64,000 nucleotides of DNA from a virus, in IMG/VR virus record IMGVR_UViG_3300030098_004740, positions 28,626 through 92,625 of that record. The stretch is one strand, 5' to 3'. Each line of letters begins with the position of its first letter. Position 1 is the first letter of the stretch. A program made the position numbers and the translations under genes. The notes under the pieces were generated by a model. That model was not told where the DNA came from, made no database searches, and was given only the letters and a program-made list of their open reading frames with translations. Positions 31,428 to 41,026 of this stretch are shown here, piece after piece.

Positions 31428-32532
31428 CTAACAACTCCTTGATAAGATTTCCAATGTTCAAGTGAGAGTAGCTATAAGCCTGAGTTAGTCCTTCTGATTT
31501 CATATTGCTGAGACTGTCTTGATTCTCATAAACATGCCTCATGCTTTCCATCAAACCTCTGATGCTAACAGAACACCAATCTTCATTGCATGTAAACAGC
31601 TTTTTGAAAGTTCTTGTCATGCCAAAGACAGGCTCCATAGTTCCCTCAACTAAAAAGCCACCATTCTTAATAAAATCTTTCATGCCTCCTATGTTTGTAC
31701 AAATAGGAGTTTTTCCAAAACCCATTGCATCAAATGCAGGAATACACCAAGCTTCTCCATAGCTTGGCATTACAAAACAATCTCCTGTTGCATGAAGCCT
31801 GCACATGTCTTCAGGACTTAGGTAGTCCGTAATCATCAAGTCTTCTTTGTATTCTTGAATGGTGCTGAATTTTTTTAATCCAGCCTTTATTGCGTTTGAA
31901 ACATCCTTTAACTTGTTCGCAACTTCATCAGGTTTTAGACCATATTGACTCGTTTTTATAAGTAAAGAAACTGGCTCGCTTGGTTCAAATTCCATATGAA
32001 AAGCTTTAATTAAAGCTTCCAAATTTTTTCTTCTGTTTAGATCAGCTACTGTGTAGAAAACAAAAGAATCTTGCAGGTTGGGAATATGTATTTTTTCATA
32101 GGATCTTTCAAATTTTGAAAAATCTGTTGCATGAGGAACTACCTTTATTGGTATCGTTACTCCACTATCCCTCGAAGCTTTTACCATTTGGTCATTTATA
32201 ACCCAAGCTTCATCCATCATATTGATTTTTCTAGCCCAGCCTGAGTCCTTGAAATTACTAGTCTCAGTAGCATAAAGAGCTATATTTTTCTTAAACTTTG
32301 GACTGTATTCCATTAAGTGAGGAAGGACATGCTGTATGCAGACATCTGCTCCGTATCCGCTATGTTCTTCTAGCTCTTCGATTCTTTCTGGAACATACCC
32401 GCTTGTATTGTCTAACCTTAATGGCCTTGGGACGACTTCTATGCCAGCTTTGTCCATTGAAAGCATATAGTCTATAGCGGCATTGCCCCAACCTGTGCCA
32501 TCTCGGTAACAACCTACATATAAAACTTTCAT
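31417..32532 (-). CDS. Glycosyltransferase family 4
   Basis: RKN, DCFVMPSYGEAWCIPAFDAMGFG; start at MKVLY through a TAATG overlap. Confidence 0.85.
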   Translation of the reverse strand: MKVLYVGCYRDGTGWGNAAIDYMLSMDKAGIEVVPRPLRLDNTSGYVPERIEELEEHSGYGADVCIQHVLPHLMEYSPKFKKNIALYATETSNFKDSGWARKINMMDEAWVINDQMVKASRDSGVTIPIKVVPHATDFSKFERSYEKIHIPNLQDSFVFYTVADLNRRKNLEALIKAFHMEFEPSEPVSLLIKTSQYGLKPDEVANKLKDVSNAIKAGLKKFSTIQEYKEDLMITDYLSPEDMCRLHATGDCFVMPSYGEAWCIPAFDAMGFGKTPICTNIGGMKDFIKNGGFLVEGTMEPVFGMTRTFKKLFTCNEDWCSVSIRGLMESMRHVYENQDSLSNMKSEGLTQAYSYSHLNIGNLIKELLDAN

Positions 32533-34163
32533 TATTTTATGTGCTGCTTTCTGAGCTTTTCCCAATCATTTCTTCTATTACAAAGACCTAGCATCATATT
32601 ATACGCCTCGTCTTTTCCGAAAGGCTCGAATATAGGTCTAACAAATTTATATGAGTCTTCGTTTAGGTACATTTCGCCTGTACCATTTATATACATTCCG
32701 TAATTTAAGTCTCGAATCAATCTAGACTCAAAATAGGTGTTTAGTTTTTCAGGCTCACCTAGAACATTTACTATTAACCATCTAGCATATTCAGAAGATG
32801 ACATCTCTGTTTTTGTCTGTGGTTGTGGTTGATGAAGCCGAGGAGAAGAACCCCAAGTTTGCTCAAAAGGTTTTATATCAACTGAGTCAAAGTAGTCTTC
32901 CCATTTTTTTGCCGTCTTATCCCATTGATAATATTTTTCAAAGTTAAGGCGCGTATTTTTAGAAAGAGTATTTATTTCTTGTTCTGATTTATTAAAGAAC
33001 TCTTTCATTTTTTCAGCTGTGTAATCATTGTCTGGAACAGCTCTGTCACAACCAGTTTCTAATTCGCTATAAAGGGTTTTTACTTTTAAAGGTGTTCCTC
33101 CTAAATTTCTCACAACGCTAGACATGGCTGAGTAATCTATGCTCATCACAGGGACTCCACAAGCAGCTGCCTCAACTTGCGGTAGTCCAAAACCTTCGCT
33201 ATTAGCATATTGTATATATAAATCAAACATATTCATTATATTTGAGAGATATTCATACGAAGCTCCTTTTTGCACGCTAGACAATCCAGCATTTGAACTT
33301 CCGCATATTTTGCACTTTCTCTGTGCGTCAGAGAAGAATGCAGGAAAGCTTTGATTACAAGTGTTACAAGTATATGTAAAAAGAGTTTTACTAGCTATTT
33401 TGTATTTGTTAAGAAGTTTTGGTATATCCCAGCCTAAATCTGGGTAACTAGTGTGGCAATATAGATAAACATCTTTTCTTCCACTTATATCCAAAAACTT
33501 TCTGTAGGACTCAAAGAGGTCTGGAAATAGTTTCCTTCTTTGGTTTCTCATCACGGTTCCGACAAACTTAATATCGGAAGAAAACCCCATGTTTACCTTA
33601 TGTTGACCTTTGTCTTGTACTGGTTGATAAGCTGCATCAGCAGATGGAGGAGCAGAGCCTAAACATTTGATATTACCGTTAGACTCTTTTTCTAATACTT
33701 CATGACCCCATTGAGAGTAGTTAAAAACACCGTCTGCGTTACAAAATGTGGATAACCATTGTTCATTTTGAGGAGCAGCGTCTACGGTAGGCATTATCGC
33801 CCAATTAAAATATGGCCTAAAGGCAGACCTGTCTTGGTATTCAAACATCCAAAAGTCACGAATGTCACAGACGATATCTGGAAGAAAGTCAAGTAAAACC
33901 GACTCAAATTTCCATTCACCAAATTGGTTAGTGGGTATCTCGTCGTACTGTTGCTGTTGGCTGTCTTTTGTTGGTAGGTTTCCATAAAATTTCCAAGGAA
34001 TGTCTACTCCTCGTGGATCTCCATCTTTTCCATAGCTTGCAAATTCTGCCATCTCATATTTTTGAGTAGCGTAGAGAACCTTCATTACTTCTCTTAGATA
34101 CGTAGCGTATCCAGTGTTTAAATATGTGGCTTCCCCGCAAAAAAGTATTCTCTTTTTTCTCAT
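32532..34163 (-). CDS. Glycosyltransferase family 4 with inserted Zn ribbon
   Basis: TGYA, MRNQRRK, EGFGLPQVEAAACG; internal CNTC...CKIC. Confidence 0.85.
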   Translation of the reverse strand: MRKKRILFCGEATYLNTGYATYLREVMKVLYATQKYEMAEFASYGKDGDPRGVDIPWKFYGNLPTKDSQQQQYDEIPTNQFGEWKFESVLLDFLPDIVCDIRDFWMFEYQDRSAFRPYFNWAIMPTVDAAPQNEQWLSTFCNADGVFNYSQWGHEVLEKESNGNIKCLGSAPPSADAAYQPVQDKGQHKVNMGFSSDIKFVGTVMRNQRRKLFPDLFESYRKFLDISGRKDVYLYCHTSYPDLGWDIPKLLNKYKIASKTLFTYTCNTCNQSFPAFFSDAQRKCKICGSSNAGLSSVQKGASYEYLSNIMNMFDLYIQYANSEGFGLPQVEAAACGVPVMSIDYSAMSSVVRNLGGTPLKVKTLYSELETGCDRAVPDNDYTAEKMKEFFNKSEQEINTLSKNTRLNFEKYYQWDKTAKKWEDYFDSVDIKPFEQTWGSSPRLHQPQPQTKTEMSSSEYARWLIVNVLGEPEKLNTYFESRLIRDLNYGMYINGTGEMYLNEDSYKFVRPIFEPFGKDEAYNMMLGLCNRRNDWEKLRKQHIK

Positions 34164-34717
34164 AGATTTGTTTCTCTCAAAGACTTTATGATCACATCAA
34201 TCTGTTTGATGACTTCTTGCTTTGTTATAGACATCAAATCAGCAATTTCAGCATTTGTATAATTTTGAGATTTTAGCTTAATTAAGAATACCTGCTTTTC
34301 AGTTAAAGAATCTGGCAGGCAATCTGATATTTTTTCTGAGATATTATAAGACTCTTCTACAACTTTTGCATATTCAAACGTTATAGAATCTTTTTTTTCA
34401 TCTTTTTCTTTTAGGTTGTTTATAGCATTTCTTATACACACCGTGGCAAAAGTGCTAAACTTAGACCTCTCTGGATCATGCTCTCTTATTGCTTTAAGAA
34501 GTCCTATCAATCCAACTTGTATATAGTCATCAAAATTTGAGTCGTTCAAAAAATAAAGAGCTTGAGATACAACTAATCCATAATGATCATGAACCAGTTC
34601 TTCTTCAAGCTCTTTGTTTGTAATCGTCTTGTTTTTATATAAATTGCTCTTTTGGTTTTGAGTTAAAGAGCTTGAATTCTTTAACTCTGAACTTTGTTGC
34701 GAACCTTTTGTTTCCAT
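34160..34717 (-). CDS. Sigma-70-family sigma factor (regions 2 and 4); start uncertain
   Basis: DYIQVGLIGLLKAIREHDPERSKFSTFATVCIRNAI; region 4 LTEKQ...YTNAEIADLM. Confidence 0.85.
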   Translation of the reverse strand: METKGSQQSSELKNSSSLTQNQKSNLYKNKTITNKELEEELVHDHYGLVVSQALYFLNDSNFDDYIQVGLIGLLKAIREHDPERSKFSTFATVCIRNAINNLKEKDEKKDSITFEYAKVVEESYNISEKISDCLPDSLTEKQVFLIKLKSQNYTNAEIADLMSITKQEVIKQIDVIIKSLRETNL

Positions 34718-34985
34718 TTTTGTCAGTCCAAGAATTGTTTCTAGCAGAGGCCACTAGATCAATTATATCGCCTTTAGAGCAATGTTTGCCAATTGCATCA
34801 CCCCCAGAGTCCCAAGCCTCAAAATCAAAGAAGTTAGTTGTCTTCTTTTTTTCGCCGCTTTTTTCTCTTCTATATTCAGTTATAGCTAAAGTAAAGGTCC
34901 AAAGTCTGGTATTGTCAAATTCAACCATTTTTGGATCTTCTGTAAGTCTTCCAATAAATCGGCAGTAGTTTGAAATAGTATTCAT
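34635..34985 (-). CDS. ssb: Single-stranded DNA-binding protein (OB fold only)
   Basis: IGRLTEDP, FTLA, FFDFEAW, KGD, WTDKNGNKR; start at MNTIS after an AGGG RBS. Confidence 0.85.
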   Translation of the reverse strand: MNTISNYCRFIGRLTEDPKMVEFDNTRLWTFTLAITEYRREKSGEKKKTTNFFDFEAWDSGGDAIGKHCSKGDIIDLVASARNNSWTDKNGNKRFATKFRVKEFKLFNSKPKEQFI

Positions 34986-35031
34986 ATTTTTCCCTATCAG
35001 GTGTGGTGTCTTAACTATTTTAAGCGTTGGG

Positions 35032-36618
35032 TTAAGATAATTCAATAACGTCTTCTACTATGAATCCGTCGTCTATTTGATTTCTTATATTTCTGGAATC
35101 TTGACCTTTTAATATCACGTTGTTGCCCTCATAAAGAACATTTTTAAACTTTTGCCAATTATCTGCAAATACGGTTATAGTATCTATAGTTCCAGTGTGA
35201 TCTTCTGCACAAATGAAAGCCATCTCTACGCCTTTCATCTTTCCTCTTTTTGTCACATATTTTTTGACATCAGATATTGTCACAGCCATCTTGACATTCT
35301 TCCTCTTGCCAGAGGAAAATTCTTTGATTGTAGTGTTGGCTAGACTAGTGTTATAAGACTCAATTCTAGAATGACTCAAGGATACTCCAAGGTAGTTCTC
35401 TTCTGTCCTGACTACCCATTCAGGCTCATCTCGTAATGAATAAGAAGGATTTTCACAATGGATGACTAGATCAGATATGATCTGAGATCTTTTTGCGTTG
35501 TGAGTTGCACCTCCAGATTTTTTAGTTGGAGACATTGCTTTCAACAAACTAACTAAAGAATCAAAATCTGATATATTATCGACAGCCCATTCCTGCTCTT
35601 TCTTGGTTATGTTGCTCCAAGTGTCAAGCTCGTCTAACATTCGTTGCCTAGACTCAGGAAACTTATGAAAGAACCCTATGGATATTAAGGCTATTATCAT
35701 TCTAGAATTGCATTTCGACGAAGCCAATATCAGAAACTCATACCATGTCCAGTCAGCAAAAGGTTTGTTGTATGATTCTTCTGCTTCTGCTATTACAGAT
35801 TTCATCTTTTCGACTTGCTTAAGACCTACAGTTTTTACATCTAAAAATCCAAAGCATATTTTTTCGTCGATTATGTCGGTGTAAGTGTTCATGGCCTTGA
35901 ATGACGGAGGATTGATGTATATATCTACATTCTTAGCGTCATTTACAAGCTGTTTAACTTCCTGCTGAGGGTCAGGCTTTCCAGACGAATGCAAAAGGTA
36001 GTTACAGTAAAACTCAAGAGGATGATGAGCCTTAGCATAAGCACTCCAGTAAGCGCAAATAGCGTAAGAAACAGCGTGAGACTTATTGAAAGCATACCTG
36101 CTGGATTTTTCAATCCAACTAAAAATCTCTTCAGCAACTTCATCGCTTACAACCCCTTTTTTAGACGCGCCTTTGAGGAATGATTCTTTGACCTTAGCCA
36201 TAAGGTCTGCCTTCTTCTTACCAATCGCTTTACGCAGGTTATCAGCTTCTTGAAGATCAAAGCCAGCAAGCTGCTGAGCTATCTGCATAGACTGTTCTTG
36301 GTAAACAAGGACTCCTTGAGTTCCTTTTAGAATTGGCTCAAGAGATGGATGAAGATAAGTTATCTCTTCAGCTCCATTCTTTCTGTCAACAAAGTGTTGG
36401 GTCATTGTTTTGCCATCTACTATGGCTTTGAGGGTTCCCGGTCTGATAATTGATATCAGAGCAGAAAGCTCTTCTATATTTCTTGGTTGAACTCTTTTAG
36501 CCCAAGACTTGCCTAAGTTACTTTCTAGCTGGAATACACCTTTAGTTCTTCCAGAACATATCAAGTCCCAAGTCTGAGTATCATCAAAATTAACTTCAAG
36601 TGGATTGAAATCAGACAT
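35032..36618 (-). CDS. dnaE: DNA polymerase III alpha, C-terminal part (fingers, HhH, OB)
   Basis: GVFQLES, IRPG, VYQEQ, ADNLRKAIGKKK, YAFNKSHAVSY, OB fold MAF..ED.TG; own AAGGTGAG RBS. Confidence 0.92.
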   Translation of the reverse strand: MSDFNPLEVNFDDTQTWDLICSGRTKGVFQLESNLGKSWAKRVQPRNIEELSALISIIRPGTLKAIVDGKTMTQHFVDRKNGAEEITYLHPSLEPILKGTQGVLVYQEQSMQIAQQLAGFDLQEADNLRKAIGKKKADLMAKVKESFLKGASKKGVVSDEVAEEIFSWIEKSSRYAFNKSHAVSYAICAYWSAYAKAHHPLEFYCNYLLHSSGKPDPQQEVKQLVNDAKNVDIYINPPSFKAMNTYTDIIDEKICFGFLDVKTVGLKQVEKMKSVIAEAEESYNKPFADWTWYEFLILASSKCNSRMIIALISIGFFHKFPESRQRMLDELDTWSNITKKEQEWAVDNISDFDSLVSLLKAMSPTKKSGGATHNAKRSQIISDLVIHCENPSYSLRDEPEWVVRTEENYLGVSLSHSRIESYNTSLANTTIKEFSSGKRKNVKMAVTISDVKKYVTKRGKMKGVEMAFICAEDHTGTIDTITVFADNWQKFKNVLYEGNNVILKGQDSRNIRNQIDDGFIVEDVIELS

Positions 36619-36634
36619 AACTCACCTTAATTTA

Positions 36635-37318
36635 TCAAATATATGTTTCACCATCCGCAAACGATTTTTCAAATGTTATTTTTGGAGCTACTCTTCTATG
36701 AAGCTTCATGAATCGAATCATTAAATTGGCTGTATCTTTAACATCTTGCAATGCATCGTGAGCATTTTCTTTACTCATACCAAATAGGTCTCGCATTGAA
36801 TCCATGCTTAATGACTTTACGTCGGCATTGTTTTCCATCCACATCCACATAGTATCCATTACATCAACTCTGTGAATTTTATTAAATAAAGTTTGCTTTC
36901 CGGTCTTCTTGTCAATTGGCCCGTATAGTTCACACATTCTCTGTACAATCGGCATATCAAAGCCAACAATATTGTAGCCAGCTGCGATTGGTGCGTAAAA
37001 CGGCTTGTTCTTAAAATTGTACCTATTTACAAAGTTTGTAAATTTCTTCCAAACTGTTCGTTCCGATGGAGCTTTTGCCAATTCTTCTCTGGTTTTTCCG
37101 TTGACTGCTAGAGCCTCGTCTTCGATGGGGTCTAGTCCCATACTAATAGCTTCGTCGTCGTCCAATACAGGACGTATGAGGCTTTCAAAGTAGCCATCCG
37201 GTTGCAATGTTAAGTTTCTGCCATGAATCGCAACTGCGGCAATTTGGACAGGCTGGGTTTTATCAGGATTTCTAGAACCTGTTTCAAAATCAAATACAAT
37301 TATGTCTCTATAATTCAT
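36635..37318 (-). CDS. DEDDh 3'-5' exonuclease (DnaQ/epsilon-like)
   Basis: ExoI FDFETG, ExoII GYNIVGFD, ExoIII HDALQD. Confidence 0.9.
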   Translation of the reverse strand: MNYRDIIVFDFETGSRNPDKTQPVQIAAVAIHGRNLTLQPDGYFESLIRPVLDDDEAISMGLDPIEDEALAVNGKTREELAKAPSERTVWKKFTNFVNRYNFKNKPFYAPIAAGYNIVGFDMPIVQRMCELYGPIDKKTGKQTLFNKIHRVDVMDTMWMWMENNADVKSLSMDSMRDLFGMSKENAHDALQDVKDTANLMIRFMKLHRRVAPKITFEKSFADGETYI

Positions 37319-37533
37319 CTCATTTTCCTTCTCAACTCAAAAAATTTATTCAATGCTTCTTCTATATCTTCATACAGACCACTAAACGAACGACAGTGAA
37401 CCTGATATTTTATCTTTTTATTCATTGGTTCATAAAAGTCATTTATCATGCATATGCTAAGACCTTTGTATTCACTATAGCGTCCACTCGTTATTCTTTC
37501 TCTAACGTTTTGTTTGTAGCTTTTTTTATACAT
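37315..37533 (-). CDS. Small basic hypothetical protein (72 aa)
   Basis: Overlaps both neighbouring genes, consistent with translational coupling. Confidence 0.65.
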   Translation of the reverse strand: MYKKSYKQNVRERITSGRYSEYKGLSICMINDFYEPMNKKIKYQVHCRSFSGLYEDIEEALNKFFELRRKMR

Positions 37534-39439
37534 CTTTTTTCTCTAATTGATCTCTTATACCCATTAGTTTATCCATTAAGGAAATACCCAGTATATCAAA
37601 TTTGACATGACCCATTGATTCAAGGTCGTTCATTTCCATTCCGGCTATTTTGTCGGAGCTTCTTTTGTCTCTAACCATTGGGCAAACATCATCTAGTTTA
37701 TGAGAAGATATTACGACTCCTGCTGCGTGTTTGCCTTGTGACTTAAATGTTCCTTCAATGCGCATAGCTTGCTTAAAATATGTAGCTAGATTTCCTTCTA
37801 GCTCTCCATCATCATTTAGCCTGCAATAGTCTCTCAAGGCTTCTGGCTGGTTCATCAATGTCCATTGAATCACAGATGGCTCATCCATTTCAGCCAGTTG
37901 GTCAGAGACTTCGTGTTCGTGAGGCAGGCTCTTCGTTATCTCTTTCATTTCTTCGTATGGACAAGCTTCATTTATTCTCAAAACTTCTGTTAATGAACTT
38001 CTTCCTTGAAGTCTTCCAAATGTCACCATTTGACCAACTCTATCATTGCCATACTTTGATCTAATATAATCTATTGTCTCGTCTCTTTTGGTAGCTGGGA
38101 CATCAATGTCGATATCTGGTAAAGATACGTGTCCTCCAGTATTTCTACCGGCATTATAAAATCTCTCAAAGATCAAGCCATATTCCATTGGGTCAACTTG
38201 AGTTATCCCAACTAAGTATGATACTAGACATCCAGCAGCAGAACCTCTACCCGGACCGGGAATGTAATTCTTCTCTACTACACTGTTTACAATATCTCTA
38301 ACGATTAAAAAGTAACCAGCTAAATTAGCTTCACTAATTACATCAAGTTCCTTTTTTATTTGTTCTGTATAAAGGTCTTTTGATTGTTGGTTGTTTATTT
38401 TCCCACTAGGTTCTAACCTGTTCTTCCAGCCTTCTCTACACAGTTGTCTTAAATATTGGTCTTCTGAAATTTCTTGTGGGCATTTGAATTTAGGCAGCAT
38501 TGGCTGGCCTAAGATATTATAGTCTTCACACATAGAAGATATTTGCATCGCCATGTCAATTTCGGCGGCAGTGTTTACCTGTTGTATTTCTTCTAGCGTT
38601 GGTATATGAAAAGAGTTTGAATTTAAAAAACCACTAAATGCTGAATCGCCAGTTTCTTTTAATCTGCTCTTTGCTTTGCGAAGAGTGGTTTTCATAGAGG
38701 AGCATAACAGTAATAATTGATCTTCTGCATCCTCTCTTCTTGGGTAGTGAGAATCAGCAGTTGCAACAGACTGGAATTTGTATTTCTTGGCAATATACCT
38801 TAAGCCTTTAGCAACAACGGTGGCTGCTGGAGATTTGTCTTGGTCTATTGCTTGTATTTCTATAAAGAAATTGTCTTTGCCAAATATTTCTTTGTACTTA
38901 TTCGCTATGAACAAAACGTTGTCAACCCAATCGGGATGAGTAAACCTTATAGCCTCTTCTTCTGTTTTAGCATTGTAAGCAGACTTTGGATCAATAAATA
39001 TTGCATTTGCCAAGTCGCTGCCAAGATGACCACTAAATGCTATGAGGTTTCCATCTGCAAATTGACCGAGAGTATTTAAGTCAAGTCTTGGCTTGTAATA
39101 ATAATTTTCTTCGTCATTGCTTTTAGAAACAGCTTGGATTAGGTTATGCCAACCCTTTTTGTTTTTAGCAAGCACGCAAAGATGACTAAGCTTCTTATTT
39201 TCGTCGTTCTTCACAGTGCAATCTTGCTGGCTTAGGTAGAACTCGCAACCAAGAATAGGTTTAATATTCTTTTTCTTCATTGCCTGAGTGAAAGATACAG
39301 CCCCTGATATAGTGCCGTGATCCGTTAAGGCGCAAGAAGTATAGCCAACCTCAGAACATCGTTCAGCAACCTGTGAAGGCTTACTGAGGCCATCTAGGAG
39401 GCTATAGTGCGTATGAAGGTGTAGTGGTGTCCAACTCAT
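37526..39439 (-). CDS. dnaE: DNA polymerase III alpha, N-terminal part (PHP, palm, thumb)
   Basis: HLHTHYSLLDG, TDHG, GCE, ADSHY, GPGRGSAAG, FERF, PDIDID, HAAGVVI, KFDILG. Confidence 0.95.
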   Translation of the reverse strand: MSWTPLHLHTHYSLLDGLSKPSQVAERCSEVGYTSCALTDHGTISGAVSFTQAMKKKNIKPILGCEFYLSQQDCTVKNDENKKLSHLCVLAKNKKGWHNLIQAVSKSNDEENYYYKPRLDLNTLGQFADGNLIAFSGHLGSDLANAIFIDPKSAYNAKTEEEAIRFTHPDWVDNVLFIANKYKEIFGKDNFFIEIQAIDQDKSPAATVVAKGLRYIAKKYKFQSVATADSHYPRREDAEDQLLLLCSSMKTTLRKAKSRLKETGDSAFSGFLNSNSFHIPTLEEIQQVNTAAEIDMAMQISSMCEDYNILGQPMLPKFKCPQEISEDQYLRQLCREGWKNRLEPSGKINNQQSKDLYTEQIKKELDVISEANLAGYFLIVRDIVNSVVEKNYIPGPGRGSAAGCLVSYLVGITQVDPMEYGLIFERFYNAGRNTGGHVSLPDIDIDVPATKRDETIDYIRSKYGNDRVGQMVTFGRLQGRSSLTEVLRINEACPYEEMKEITKSLPHEHEVSDQLAEMDEPSVIQWTLMNQPEALRDYCRLNDDGELEGNLATYFKQAMRIEGTFKSQGKHAAGVVISSHKLDDVCPMVRDKRSSDKIAGMEMNDLESMGHVKFDILGISLMDKLMGIRDQLEKKDV

Positions 39440-40458
39440 TTTTTATCGCTATCGTCTGCCAATCTTCCACCGCCATCTCCGTAGGTGGCGATTTTGTCAA
39501 TTTTCCCAAAACTCTCAACAACCTTGACTATACCCCTATGTTTTATCTGGTCACGAATATATTGGCAAACACTTTTTTCAGCGCCTTCCTTATAAGGCTG
39601 GCTAAATTTGCAAAGTTTTTGACATTTCCAGTGACTGTTTTCATTGGAGAGTAATCTTGGTTGCTGAATATCTCTTATCTGCTCAAACTTTTGCCTAAGT
39701 ATATCTTCGGCTTTTTGGTAGTCATCCTCGTCAAAAACCATCGAGAATAATCCGCCGCTATTGATGTAATAAATACTAACCGAGAACTCTCGTTCTGGGT
39801 ACATATTTTTCAGAGCGTAGTAGTATAGCAAAAGCTGAGTGTCTTTTTGCAACTTTTCGTGAGTTTTTTCTTCTCCCGTAGCCCAATTTATTCTTTTGCC
39901 GGTTTTGTAATCCAGAATTTCGTAATATTCGTCGTCATGTTTTAAGATGAGGTCAACGGTTCCTTTGATTGATAGATAACCCTCTATGGTCTGATCTTCA
40001 AACTCGTACTTGTACTTTGCCCAAGGTTTCTTAATCTCAATGTCAAAGAAAAGCTCTGTTGCAAAAACTTCTTGGTTTCTTGGATCTAAAGCTCCGCCTT
40101 GATAAGCTACAGCTTTTTCTGCCCAACGAAGACATTGCCTTTTTTCTTTCTCCCCAAGGTTAACTTCTGGAAAAGCATTTGTGTAATACTCAAAAGCTAT
40201 ATCATTAAGAAGCTCAAGATCGTCGCATTCTTCTAGAGTTAGATTCCTTCCAGTCTCTTCATCTTCTACAATATCTAAACCTTTGTTCATAGCGACTTTT
40301 TTGTCGCCAAGCGTTTGCATAACTTTATGGGTAATAGTACCCATCAAAGCTTTTGCATTTGTCTTGTCTTTGAAAGAGAGATTGTATTGCAAAAAGTATT
40401 TTTGCTGACAAAATTCTAAAGTTCCAAGACTACTGCTCCTGTGGTAACAGACTATCAT
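39436..40458 (-). CDS. PD-(D/E)XK exonuclease, Cas4/AddB-like
   Basis: GTITH, E, GTVD, LDYKTG, QLLLY; one N-terminal and three C-terminal Cys (possible Fe-S cluster). Confidence 0.8.
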   Translation of the reverse strand: MIVCYHRSSSLGTLEFCQQKYFLQYNLSFKDKTNAKALMGTITHKVMQTLGDKKVAMNKGLDIVEDEETGRNLTLEECDDLELLNDIAFEYYTNAFPEVNLGEKEKRQCLRWAEKAVAYQGGALDPRNQEVFATELFFDIEIKKPWAKYKYEFEDQTIEGYLSIKGTVDLILKHDDEYYEILDYKTGKRINWATGEEKTHEKLQKDTQLLLYYYALKNMYPEREFSVSIYYINSGGLFSMVFDEDDYQKAEDILRQKFEQIRDIQQPRLLSNENSHWKCQKLCKFSQPYKEGAEKSVCQYIRDQIKHRGIVKVVESFGKIDKIATYGDGGGRLADDSDKK

Positions 40459-41026
40459 CTAGTGATTCCAATTCTGATATAGGCAGATTGTACATGTCTG
40501 CGTGAGCTACGAAGTTATTTGAAGGATCAAGCTCACCTTTTGGTACAAACCTAGCTTCGGCAAAATAATCTTCAGGTTCCATTTGTCCTAATATTTCTAT
40601 ATTTCTAATTCCGTAGTATCTAGCAACGCCATTCTCATCTTTTCTGTAATCATCAAAATGTATGTTTACAAAAATATAAAGTTCAGGTCTTTGATGCACA
40701 CTGGTTTTGGCTATCGAGACTTCGTAAAAGCCACGGTCATTTCCATCATCATCAATGCACGAAACAGTCCTTCTTTTAGTTTTTACTTCTACTTTTCGTT
40801 CGTCTCTAGTGGTGATATCAAAATTATATTTTCCAGAGCCTTCGTCACAACTAGTTATTTCAGCTCCAATATAAGACGCAACAGCTTCTTCTCCTAAGTA
40901 ACCGGCAGCATTGCCGCCACCCCTAAGTATTGAATTTTTTATTTTGCCTAGTTTTTTGGCTTTATTCTGGGCGTTAGTCACCATTCTATCATCCCAGTCT
41001 ATTCTTATGATTTTGTTGTCAGCCAT
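40430..41026 (-). CDS. Putative PD-(D/E)XK nuclease
   Basis: GYLGEEAV...FD...VEVKTK. Confidence 0.6.
   Translation of the reverse strand: MADNKIIRIDWDDRMVTNAQNKAKKLGKIKNSILRGGGNAAGYLGEEAVASYIGAEITSCDEGSGKYNFDITTRDERKVEVKTKRRTVSCIDDDGNDRGFYEVSIAKTSVHQRPELYIFVNIHFDDYRKDENGVARYYGIRNIEILGQMEPEDYFAEARFVPKGELDPSNNFVAHADMYNLPISELESLDDSLLPQEQ

Noticed and set aside
35032-39439. Split intein, intron or frameshift explaining the two dnaE ORFs
   Set aside because: There are no intein terminal motifs, the interval is filled by two coupled ORFs, and the C-half has its own RBS and ATG.
39436-40458. Cas4 of a CRISPR system
   Set aside because: No array or other cas genes; stand-alone Cas4-like nucleases are common in phage replication modules.
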